In this document: positions 56,163-64,000 of the stretch, one piece after another
How positions within the stretch are numbered: position 1 is the stretch's first letter
Layout of the letters: every line of letters starts with the position of its first letter
NCBI GenBank assembly: GCA_016712985.1
Contig: JADJQA010000008.1
Span: forward strand, 15,179-79,178
Direction of reading: 5' to 3'
Source of the DNA: Sulfuritalea sp.
Lineage (GTDB): Bacteria > Pseudomonadota > Gammaproteobacteria > Burkholderiales > Rhodocyclaceae
DNA length: 64,000 nt
Position numbers and translations under genes: made by a program
The notes under the pieces: model-generated
The model's database searches: none
The model's input: only the letters and a program-made list of their open reading frames with translations
Told to the model about the DNA's origin: nothing

Positions 56163-58433
56163 GTGCATCAGATCGAGCTGGAGACGCAGAACGAGGCCTT
56201 GCGCGAGGCACAGATCGCGCTCGAAGCCTCTTGCGACCGCTACGTCGAGTTGTACGAGTTCGCGCCGGTGGGCTATCTGACCCTCAGCCGCGGCATGATC
56301 GCGGAGATCAACCGCACCGGCGCCAGGCTGCTGAGGGCGGATCGCGCGAGCCTGCTCAACAAACGCTTCAGTACCCTCGTCGCCGCCGACGACGCCGACC
56401 GCTGGCACCGGCATTTGTCGCTGATCAGCAGGGGCGGTGCGCCCGGCCCCGTGGAACTGCTGATGCGGCGCGGCGACGGCACGGCGTTTCATGCACAGAT
56501 CGACGCCGTGCTCCCGGAAGGCCCGGCAAGCGATGCGACGGTCCGGCTGGTCGTGAGCGACATCAGCCACCGGAAAGCCGCCGAGGCCGCGCTGCGCGAT
56601 AGCGAGGCCTTCAGCCGCGCCATTCTCGATTCGGTAGCCGCCGAAGTTGCGGTGCTGGACCGTAACGGAGTGATCATTGCGGTGAATCAGCCCTGGCGCG
56701 CGTTTGCGCTGGAAAACGGCATCGTGCCGGGCCAGCCGGTGCCAAATACCCGCATCGGTGACAACTACCTGGCGGTTTGCCGCAGCAGCACCGGGCCGGC
56801 ACCGGACGAGGCGGACAGCGCCGCAAAGGGCATACGGGCAGTGCTCGACGGCCGCCTGCCGGCTTTTCGGCTGGAGTACCCCTGCCACTCGCCGCAGCAG
56901 CAGCGCTGGTTCAGCATGAGCGTCACCCCGCTGGAAGGCGGAGGCGGCGTGGTGGTGGCGCATACCGACATCAGCGAGCGCAAGGCCGCCGAGGCGAAGC
57001 TGCGACAGCTCTCGCTCGCCGTCGAGCAGACCTCCAACAGCGTGATCATTACCGACCTCGAGGGCAACATCGAATACATCAATGCCGCCTTCGCGACCAC
57101 CTCCGGTTACAGCGTCGAGGAGGTGCTCGGCCGCAATCCGAAGCTCCTGCAGTCCGGGCTGACGCCGAAGGAGACCTTCGAGGATATGTGGCGGACGCTG
57201 GGCAAAGGCGAGATCTGGCGCGGTGAGTTCATCAACCGGCGCAAGAACGGGGAAACCTACTCCGAGTCCGAGATCATTTCGCCGGTGCGCCAGGCCGACG
57301 GCCGCGTGACCCACTACATCGGCATACGGGCAGACCTCACCGAGAGCAAACAGAACGAGCTGTTGCAGCAGCAGGCCCTGCGGCGCTGGTCGCTGGCCGC
57401 CGATTCGGCCGGCATCGGGGTTTGGGAGTGGGACATGGTTGCCGACAGAGTCAAGCGCGACGACCGTGTTTGCCGGATCTTCGGGCTTGAGCCAGGACGT
57501 TTTGAAGGCGGTTTCGAGGCATGGCGAGAGCGCGTGCATCCGGACGACGTCGAAGCGGTCAGCAGGGACCTGGCGGAGGCAATCCAGAGGGGAGGTGCTT
57601 TTGAAGCCGAGTTCCGCGTGGTCTGGCCCGACGGGACGGTGCGCATTCTCAAGGATAGCGGCATCATCGTGCGGAACGCCGAAGGCAAGCCGGTCGAGAT
57701 GATCGGCATCAGCCAGGACATCACCCGGCGCAGGCGAGCCGAGGACGCCTTTCACCGGACGACGCAGCGGGTGAAGAGGCTTTCCGGGCGCGTGCTGGAA
57801 GTACAGGAAGCCGAGCGCCGACGCATCGCCAATGAACTGCACGACGAACTCGGCCAGACACTGACCGCCATCAAGCTCAGCCTGCTATCGCCCACGCGGC
57901 ATGCGGACGGGTCGGCCGCGGCGAGCAACGCCGAGACCGTTGCCATCGTCGAAGAGGCGCTGCAGCAAGTGCGGCGCCTGACGCGGGCGCTGCGGCCGGC
58001 GGTGCTGGATGACCTCGGGCTGGCGCCGGCGCTGCGCTGGCTTGCTGAACAGGCCGAGGCGCGCGGCGATCTAGTGGTGACATTTCAGGCACCGGAACTT
58101 CAATCGCGACTAGCGCCGGAGATCGAAACCGCGTGTTTCCGTATCGTCCAAGAGGCCCTTACCAACGTCGCGCGCCATGCCCGGGCACATCTCGTGGAGA
58201 TTGATCTACATGTGGAAGCCGGCGCTTGGATCCTCCGGGTGCGGGACGATGGTTGCGGCTTCGACCCGGCCGGCATGCGCGAGCGCGCCATGGCCGGCAA
58301 CAGCATGGGGCTGCTTGGCATGGAGGAACGTGCCGCGCTGATTGGCGGGCAACTTGCCATCGAGTCGGCGCCGGGACAAGGCAGCACGGTGACCCTGCGC
58401 TTTCTGTCGCACCCTCCGGAGGAGACGACATGA
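56163..58433 (+). CDS. multi-PAS sensor histidine kinase (HisKA_3 type)
   Basis: PAS modules, H-box IANELHDELGQTLTAIK and HATPase block VRDDGCGF...MGLLGMEERA. The conserved LHELQVHQIELETQNEAL begins upstream of GTG 56163. ATG 56036 has an RBS (GGAAAGGAA) but is in another frame, so the start is unresolved and a frameshift is possible. Confidence 0.8.
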   Translation: MHQIELETQNEALREAQIALEASCDRYVELYEFAPVGYLTLSRGMIAEINRTGARLLRADRASLLNKRFSTLVAADDADRWHRHLSLISRGGAPGPVELLMRRGDGTAFHAQIDAVLPEGPASDATVRLVVSDISHRKAAEAALRDSEAFSRAILDSVAAEVAVLDRNGVIIAVNQPWRAFALENGIVPGQPVPNTRIGDNYLAVCRSSTGPAPDEADSAAKGIRAVLDGRLPAFRLEYPCHSPQQQRWFSMSVTPLEGGGGVVVAHTDISERKAAEAKLRQLSLAVEQTSNSVIITDLEGNIEYINAAFATTSGYSVEEVLGRNPKLLQSGLTPKETFEDMWRTLGKGEIWRGEFINRRKNGETYSESEIISPVRQADGRVTHYIGIRADLTESKQNELLQQQALRRWSLAADSAGIGVWEWDMVADRVKRDDRVCRIFGLEPGRFEGGFEAWRERVHPDDVEAVSRDLAEAIQRGGAFEAEFRVVWPDGTVRILKDSGIIVRNAEGKPVEMIGISQDITRRRRAEDAFHRTTQRVKRLSGRVLEVQEAERRRIANELHDELGQTLTAIKLSLLSPTRHADGSAAASNAETVAIVEEALQQVRRLTRALRPAVLDDLGLAPALRWLAEQAEARGDLVVTFQAPELQSRLAPEIETACFRIVQEALTNVARHARAHLVEIDLHVEAGAWILRVRDDGCGFDPAGMRERAMAGNSMGLLGMEERAALIGGQLAIESAPGQGSTVTLRFLSHPPEETT

Positions 58434-59083
58434 AACCCCTGCGCGTGGTGCTGGCCGACGACCACACCCTGGTGCGTGCCGGCCTGAAGATGCTGCTCGA
58501 GTCGATGCCGGAAATCGAGGTCGTGGGCGAGGCCAGCAGCGGCATGGGCGTTCTTGCGCTGGCGGAGCAGTTGCAGCCCGACCTGGTGCTGATGGACATC
58601 GCCATGCCGACGCTGAATGGGCTGGAAGCAACGGCCCGCCCGCTCAAGGCATGGCCGGAAATACGGGTACTGATGCTTTCGATGCACCAGAACGAGGAGT
58701 ACGTGCGTCAAGCCCTGCGCCATGGCGCGTCCGGTTACCTGCTGAAGGACGCCGCGCCGGCAGAACTCGATCTGGCGATCCAGGCGATCCGTCGCGGCGA
58801 AATCTGGCTCAGCCCGGCCTTGACCAAGGGCATGCTGACCGACTACGTTCGGCACTTGCGCGGCGACGAGCCGCCGCAGGGACGCCTCACGGCACGCCAG
58901 CGCGAAGTCTTGCAGCTTGTTGCCGAAGGGCGGAGTACCAAGGAAATCGCGCGCCACCTTGATCGTTCGGTGAAGACGGTTGACACGCACCGCAGCCAGT
59001 TGATGAAACAGTTGGACATCCACGACGTGGCGGGCCTGGTGCGTTACGCAGTGCGCGAAGGCCTGATTTCGACCAATTCCTGA
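58430..59083 (+). CDS. NarL/FixJ-family response regulator
   Basis: ATGA overlap with the kinase stop. Receiver domain (VVLADDHTLVRAGL...LVLMDIAMP) plus LuxR HTH (LTARQREVLQLVAEGRSTKEIARHL). Confidence 0.9.
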   Translation: MKPLRVVLADDHTLVRAGLKMLLESMPEIEVVGEASSGMGVLALAEQLQPDLVLMDIAMPTLNGLEATARPLKAWPEIRVLMLSMHQNEEYVRQALRHGASGYLLKDAAPAELDLAIQAIRRGEIWLSPALTKGMLTDYVRHLRGDEPPQGRLTARQREVLQLVAEGRSTKEIARHLDRSVKTVDTHRSQLMKQLDIHDVAGLVRYAVREGLISTNS

Positions 59084-59250
59084 GGGAACACCCCGCCTCC
59101 TTGTGGGGCGAGCGGGGGTTTCGGGGAGCATGCTCCCCGCCCGCGTAGCCGGTCGGCAATGCAGTGCCGACCGTGGGGCGCGGAGGCGAGGCTTGGGGAG
59201 AGGGGAGAAGTTGCTCGCGGGAATTGCTACGAACATATCAGCGGTACGCA

Positions 59251-59277
59251 CTGGATTCCGGCTTGCGCCGGAATGAC
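59251..59277. repeat. REP-like palindromic unit
   Basis: ctggattccggcTTGCgccggaatgac. It shares the flank gcggtacgc(c)a with the 51204 copy. Confidence 0.85.
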
Positions 59278-59284
59278 GGACAGG

Positions 59285-59400
59285 GTGGCGACGGCAAACC
59301 GCCGCATCCCGAGGACTCCCTCGGGTAGTTCCCCCTCCCCACTCGGGAATCGACCTGATACCCCTGCCGCCGGGGATGCCCCACTATGCCACTGTCACTC
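59285..59400 (+). repeat. copy 1 of an approximately 115-nt repeated leader/promoter segment
   Basis: By eye it aligns with 59698..59812 at about three quarters of positions. Shared blocks: atcccg, ctcgggta, cccact, ggaatcgacc, gatacc, ccgcc, ggatgccc, gtcactc. Confidence 0.7.
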
Positions 59401-59435
59401 GGACAACAGGCTGGGACACTTCACAGGAGGCCATC

Positions 59436-59663
59436 ATGCCCATCGACACAGCAGGTTCATCATTGAGTACCGCGGCACAGGCGGTGCCGCAGCGCAAGCC
59501 AGCAGAGATCCAGGCGCAGAAGCCACGGGACTCCAAGTCCACCGACGCGGCCGCCGGGGTCGCCGTGGCACGACAAACGGCGGCGCAAGAGCCCGGGCAG
59601 CCCAAGCCGGTGGCGAATGCGGAAGGGCAGAAGATCGGACAGCTCATCAGCGTCACGGCCTGA
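59436..59663 (+). CDS. small low-complexity hypothetical protein (75 aa)
   Basis: Strong RBS (AGGAGG, 6 nt) before ATG 59436. The product is Ala/Gln/Pro-rich with no Cys and is probably disordered. Confidence 0.4.
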   Translation: MPIDTAGSSLSTAAQAVPQRKPAEIQAQKPRDSKSTDAAAGVAVARQTAAQEPGQPKPVANAEGQKIGQLISVTA

Positions 59664-59697
59664 CGCCTGGTTGTTTTCCCGATTCCTGACGCTTGCC

Positions 59698-59812
59698 GTG
59701 GCGGTGGCAAGCCGCGGTATCCCGGAATCTCTCTCGGGTATTTCGCCGTTCCCACTGCGGAATCGACCCGATACCACTACCGCCCCGGATGCCCGACCAT
59801 CCGGTTGTCACT
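59698..59812 (+). repeat. copy 2 of the repeated leader/promoter segment
   Basis: See 59285..59400. It lies immediately upstream of the PAS/CheY/MCP/STAS/CheA operon. Confidence 0.7.
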
Positions 59813-59832
59813 CCAGCGAAGGGGCGCAATTC

Positions 59833-60237
59833 ATGGCGACACAAGCCGCACCAGCCCAGGAATCAGCAGACGCGAGCCGCAAGGAAGAGTCAGGCGCCGC
59901 CAATCTGACCGACGGCAACGACCGCGGCGTCCTGATCCTGGATGAGCAAGGCAGGATCTGCGCTTACGAGCTTGCCGCGGTGACCCTGTTCGGGAATACC
60001 GAGGGCCAACTGCTTGGGCGGCGGATTTCGGAGCTTGTCGTTGGCATTCTGGTCGATGGCGATTCTCCGGACGACGACGCCAAACGCCTGCGCCGTCTTT
60101 GCGCGGCCAACGAATGGCGGCAATACGAGGGGCTTGATTGGTACGGACGGCTGTTTGCGGTCGCAATTCACTTGTCGAGCATGGTGGTAGATGACCGAGA
60201 GGTTTTTATTCTTGATTTCCAGGGAAAAACGCAATGA
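59833..60237 (+). CDS. single-domain PAS-like protein
   Basis: 134 aa from ATG 59833. PAS-like core GVLILDEQGRICAYELAAVTLFGNTEGQLLGRRISELV. The stop overlaps the cheY start. Confidence 0.55.
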   Translation: MATQAAPAQESADASRKEESGAANLTDGNDRGVLILDEQGRICAYELAAVTLFGNTEGQLLGRRISELVVGILVDGDSPDDDAKRLRRLCAANEWRQYEGLDWYGRLFAVAIHLSSMVVDDREVFILDFQGKTQ

Positions 60238-60599
60238 GCACAATCATGCTGGTGGACGATTCCGCGACGATCCTGCTGTCGATTTCCAACATTCTCAGCA
60301 AGGCGGGCTACGCCGTCGAAAAGGCCAGCAACGCCGCCGAGGGCCTGGCCAAGTTCAAGGGCGGGGTCAAGGTGGATCTGCTGATCACCGACCTCAACAT
60401 GCCGGGCATGAACGGCATCGAGTTCATCAAGGCGGTGCGCATGCTGCCGAACTACAAGTTCATGCCCATCCTGTTTCTTACCACCGAATCGCAGCAATCC
60501 AAGCGCTTGGAAGCCAAGGCCGCCGGCGCGTCCGGCTGGCTGGTCAAGCCGGCCACCGCCGACGAACTGCTCGCCACCATCAAGCTCGTGATCCGCTGA
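60234..60599 (+). CDS. cheY: CheY-like single-domain response regulator
   Basis: 121 aa. IMLVDDSATI, DLLITDLNMPGMNG and SGWLVKP (conserved Lys). Confidence 0.9.
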   Translation: MSTIMLVDDSATILLSISNILSKAGYAVEKASNAAEGLAKFKGGVKVDLLITDLNMPGMNGIEFIKAVRMLPNYKFMPILFLTTESQQSKRLEAKAAGASGWLVKPATADELLATIKLVIR

Positions 60600-60624
60600 G
60601 GAAATGCTGATCAAGTCCAAATCC

Positions 60625-60651
60625 GTCATTCCGGCGGATGCCGGAATCCAG
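60625..60651. repeat. REP-like palindromic unit
   Basis: gtcattccggcGGATgccggaatccag, 26 nt after the cheY stop. Confidence 0.85.
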
Positions 60652-60712
60652 AGTCTTCAAAGATCTGGACACCGGCGTTCGCCGGTGTGACGAACCTATT
60701 CGGGGGTACCCA

Positions 60713-61993
60713 ATGATCTTGGATCTCATCGCGCGGCGCACCCTGCTCACCGCGGGGGCCGTCGGGCTGGGCGCGGCCCTGGCCGTGTATGCCGGCAACG
60801 ACTGGTTTCACGCCAGCCTGCTGCCTGCCGTGGGGCTGTCCAACGCCCTGGGCGATGCACTGGGCAGCCTGTTCATCGTGATGGCCGCCTTCCTTTGCCA
60901 GCGCTTGGTCGCCGCGGGCCTCTACCGCGACTGGCAATTCGGCATGGTCAAAACGCAGGCGGATGCCGCCGGCCGCAGCGAAACCCTGGTCACCGGCGCC
61001 GCCCAGGTGGCCGGCGAACTGCGCGGCGTGCAAGGCTTCAACGACGTGGTGCGCGGCCAGTTGAACGGCGTGGTGGCCGAAACCGAAAAGGCTGCCTTCG
61101 ACATCGCCAGCCGCCTGCAGGGCATCGACGAAATCATCACGCGGCTGGGCGCCTACGTGCAATCGACCGCCGCCGAATCGAACAAGGCGCTGAGCGCCTC
61201 GGAAGAGCGCATCGAGCGCAACCGCAGCTTGATCGCCACGCTGGAGCGCTACATCCAGGAACGCGTCACCGCGGCGCGTGAAGACAAGGAACGCATCACC
61301 CAGGTAGTCAAGGAGGCGCGCTCACTCGGCACCCTGGTCGAACTGATCAAGCACATTTCCGGGCAGACCAACCTGCTGGCGCTGAACGCCGCGATCGAAG
61401 CCGCGCGTGCCGGCGAGGCCGGTCGCGGCTTTGCCGTGGTCGCAGACGAAGTGCGCAAGCTCTCTCGCGAGACCGACAAGGCCGTGGGCCAGATCAGCGA
61501 GGGCATCCAGACCGTCGCCAATTCCATCGAGAGGCAATTCGAGGACAAGCTGTCGCACGACAAGGCCGCGGAAGAAAGCCAGGCGCTGCAGAGCTTCGCC
61601 GTGCAGCTTGACGATCTGGGCAAGAGCTACCGGGAAGTCACCGAACACGAAGCCGCGGTGATGGGCACCATTACCGACAGCAGCCAGCAACTGGCCGGCA
61701 TGTTCATGTCTGCCCTGGCCAGCGTGCAGTTCCAGGATGTCACGCGGCAGCAGATCGAGCAGGTGATCGATGCGCTCAATCGGCTCGACGCCCACAGCAC
61801 GATGCTCGCCGGCCGCCTCGGCCAGCTTGAAGACCCGCATTTCACTTTGCAGCCGCTGTCGGAGCACCTCGAGCAGATCTACAGCAGCTATGTCATGGAT
61901 TCACAGCGCAACGTCCATGACAGCACGCGGCAAGGCGCCACAAAAAACGGTGCGGCCGCGTCCAAGGCCGGACCGAAGATCGAACTGTTCTAA
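60713..61993 (+). CDS. methyl-accepting chemotaxis protein
   Basis: ATG 60713 ([12 protein letters not shown]). Two TM segments. Highly conserved signalling hairpin [37 protein letters not shown]. Confidence 0.9.
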   Translation: MILDLIARRTLLTAGAVGLGAALAVYAGNDWFHASLLPAVGLSNALGDALGSLFIVMAAFLCQRLVAAGLYRDWQFGMVKTQADAAGRSETLVTGAAQVAGELRGVQGFNDVVRGQLNGVVAETEKAAFDIASRLQGIDEIITRLGAYVQSTAAESNKALSASEERIERNRSLIATLERYIQERVTAAREDKERITQVVKEARSLGTLVELIKHISGQTNLLALNAAIEAARAGEAGRGFAVVADEVRKLSRETDKAVGQISEGIQTVANSIERQFEDKLSHDKAAEESQALQSFAVQLDDLGKSYREVTEHEAAVMGTITDSSQQLAGMFMSALASVQFQDVTRQQIEQVIDALNRLDAHSTMLAGRLGQLEDPHFTLQPLSEHLEQIYSSYVMDSQRNVHDSTRQGATKNGAAASKAGPKIELF

Positions 61994-62007
61994 CCGGGAG
62001 ACCCTGA

Positions 62008-62349
62008 ATGGAATTTTCCACCCAAACCGCCGCCGATGGCGCGACCTGCCTTAGCGTCCAGGGCGACCTGACCATCTACCACGCGGCCGAGCTCAAGCAG
62101 CGCCTGGTCGACGGCGTGCGCGCCAGTGCCGTGCTCGAACTCGACCTCTCGCAGGTCGGTGAAATCGACACCGCGGGCTTGCAGTTGCTGGCGTTGGCCA
62201 AGCGAGAAGCCCTGAAGCCCGGCCATGCCCTGCGCATCGTCGGGCATAGCCCGGCGGTGCGCGAAGTGATCGAATTTTTCAACATGGCGGGCTTCTTCGG
62301 CGATCCGCTCGTGATTCCAGCCAATGAGCGTGCCTTGATCAGGAGCTGA
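62008..62349 (+). CDS. STAS-domain protein (anti-sigma-antagonist fold)
   Basis: 113 aa. LSVQGDLTIYHAAELKQRL...LDLSQVGEIDTAGLQLL. Confidence 0.75.
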   Translation: MEFSTQTAADGATCLSVQGDLTIYHAAELKQRLVDGVRASAVLELDLSQVGEIDTAGLQLLALAKREALKPGHALRIVGHSPAVREVIEFFNMAGFFGDPLVIPANERALIRS

Positions 62350-62351
62350 AA

Positions 62352-64000
62352 ATGGACGAAATCCTCAGCGTCTTTACCGTCGAGGCCAGGGAGCAGATTG
62401 AGGCCATGGAAGCCGGGCTGATGCAGCTCGAACAGGGCGACCGCGACCCCGAAACCATCAATGCCGTGTTCCGCGCCGCGCACACCATCAAGGGCGGCGC
62501 CGGCGTGGTGGAAATCCACTCTGTCGAGAAGTTCACCCATGTTCTGGAGAACGTCCTCGACCGCTTGAGGAATGGCGAGATCGACGTCAGCGGCGAGATG
62601 ATTTCCGCCCTGCTGCTCGGTTGTGATCACATCGGCGCATTGCTCGGCGTGGTTCAGGCCGGCGAGATGGAACCCGGCGTAGATCTCAAACAAGCCGGCG
62701 AGGTAATTGCCGCTACCTTGCGTCCCTTCCTCGGCGACAAGGCCCCGTCAGGCGCCGCGAAGGCCGGCCAGGAAGTCTCCGCCAACGCCGATGGCAACAT
62801 CGAACGCGACGCCCGCGAGAGCGCCACCCGCGACTGCTGGCACATCTCGATCCGCTTCGGCCCGAACGTGCTGAAGAACGGCATGGACCCGCTGGCTTTC
62901 CTGCGCTACCTGCTCAACCTGGGCGAAATCGCCCACCTGACGACGCTGACCGACGCCATGCCCGAGGCCGATGCGATGGACCCGGAGCTGTGTTACCTCG
63001 GCTTCGAGATCAGCCTCCGCAGCCACGCCACCAAGGACGCCATCGAGAAGGTGTTCGATTTCTGCCGCGACGATTGCGATCTGTTCATCCTGCCGCCGCA
63101 CAGCAAGGTCGCCGATTTCCTGCAATTGATCGAGGGCCTGCCCGAGGAGACCATGCGCCTGGGCGAGATTCTGGTGAAAAGCGGCGCGCTGACCCAGGAA
63201 GAGCTCGACGCCGGCCTGCGCCAGCAGTCCGGCGCACGCGGCGGCGACGAAGCGGCAACGCCCGCGCCCCAACTGGGCGAAATCCTGGTCCAGCAGAACA
63301 ACGTGCAGCCCGAGCTGGTGGAAGCCGCCGTCGCCAAGCAGAAGACCGTTTCGGAAAAGAAGGCCGCCGAAGCCAGCCTGATCCGGGTCCATGCCGACAA
63401 GCTGGACCAGTTGATCGACCTGGTCGGCGAACTGGTGATCGCCGGCGCATCGGCCAACCTGCTGGCCAGGAAGAGCGGCGAAGGCACGCTGATCGAGGCC
63501 ACCTCGGTGCTCACCCGGCTGGTCGAGAGCATTCGCGATTCCGCGCTACAACTGCGCATGGTGCAGATCGGCGAGACCTTCAACCGCTTCCACCGGGTCG
63601 CGCGGGATGTCTCGAAGGAACTGGGCAAGGACATCGAGCTGGTGATCAACGGTGCCGAAACCGAGCTGGACACGTCGGTGGTCGAGAAGATCGGCGATCC
63701 GCTGATGCACCTGGTTCGCAACGCCATGGACCACGGAATCGAGTCCGCCGCCGCGCGGGCCGCCGCCGGCAAGCCCGCCAAGGGCCGCGTCGAGCTCAAT
63801 GCCTTTCATGATTCGGGCAGCATAGTGATCGAAGTGGTGGACGATGGTGGCGGTCTGAACAAGGACCGCATCGAGGCCAAGGCCCGCGAGAAAGGCCTGC
63901 TGCAACCGGGCGAGACGCTGTCCGACCAGGAAGTCATCAACCTGATCTTCGAGCCGGGTTTCTCCACGGTGGAGAAGGTCACCAACCTGTCCGGGCGCGG
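62352..64000 (+). CDS. cheA: chemotaxis histidine kinase CheA (3' end beyond the window)
   Basis: I translated this by hand because it is open to the window edge and absent from the ORF track. HPt FRAAHTIKGGAG, dimerisation IRVHADKLDQLIDLVGELVI, N-box DPLMHLVRNAMDHGIE, and DDGGGL, GFST...SGRG. Confidence 0.9.
   Translation, partial: MDEILSVFTVEAREQIEAMEAGLMQLEQGDRDPETINAVFRAAHTIKGGAGVVEIHSVEKFTHVLENVLDRLRNGEIDVSGEMISALLLGCDHIGALLGVVQAGEMEPGVDLKQAGEVIAATLRPFLGDKAPSGAAKAGQEVSANADGNIERDARESATRDCWHISIRFGPNVLKNGMDPLAFLRYLLNLGEIAHLTTLTDAMPEADAMDPELCYLGFEISLRSHATKDAIEKVFDFCRDDCDLFILPPHSKVADFLQLIEGLPEETMRLGEILVKSGALTQEELDAGLRQQSGARGGDEAATPAPQLGEILVQQNNVQPELVEAAVAKQKTVSEKKAAEASLIRVHADKLDQLIDLVGELVIAGASANLLARKSGEGTLIEATSVLTRLVESIRDSALQLRMVQIGETFNRFHRVARDVSKELGKDIELVINGAETELDTSVVEKIGDPLMHLVRNAMDHGIESAAARAAAGKPAKGRVELNAFHDSGSIVIEVVDDGGGLNKDRIEAKAREKGLLQPGETLSDQEVINLIFEPGFSTVEKVTNLSGR

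Noticed and set aside
55764-57842. 692-aa minus-strand ORF
   Set aside because: It is antisense to the PAS histidine kinase at 56163..58433, which carries H-box and HATPase motifs. The antisense product has no motifs.
59285-59812. Sigma-54 promoters in the repeated leaders (TGGCAA... strings)
   Set aside because: GG-N10-GC spacing is not satisfied in either copy.

Overview
GC-rich (clearly above 60% by eye) chromosomal segment. Gene content looks beta-proteobacterial, possibly Rhodocyclales-like, but that is inference only. I recognised no rRNA, tRNA, CRISPR array or transposase. Layout: (1) 0.1-20.7 kb is a decaying surface-glycan locus: HAD hydrolase, GT4, radical SAM, galE, uxs, TPP enzyme, NeuB-like synthase, GtrB-like GT2, GtrA, FAD oxidoreductase and two paralogous polytopic membrane proteins. 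It carries many frameshifts and a collapsed ghost copy of a five-gene block. (2) 18.8-25.8 kb holds TPR/GT41 (OGT-like) genes, a methyltransferase and an ABC-2 exporter. (3) 25.9-26.4 kb holds a 60-aa truncated type IV pilin plus a separately secreted 126-aa partner, with a sigma-54-like promoter. (4) 26.6-39.1 kb is a tightly packed minus-strand operon: CHASE2 Ser/Thr kinase, PP2C, double-FHA protein, CHASE2 adenylate cyclase, class II cNMP phosphodiesterase, cNMP-binding/rhodanese protein, GAF-GspE/PilB ATPase and GAF-HD-GYP. This operon is my main candidate for an undescribed system. (5) The remainder holds sucCD, glpK, a membrane cyclase, a partial paa (phenylacetate) cluster, msrA, two paralogous PAS-kinase/NarL pairs and a chemosensory operon. 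That operon's CheA carries an MshEN-like c-di-GMP motif. All calls rest on motif recognition by eye; no database search was run.
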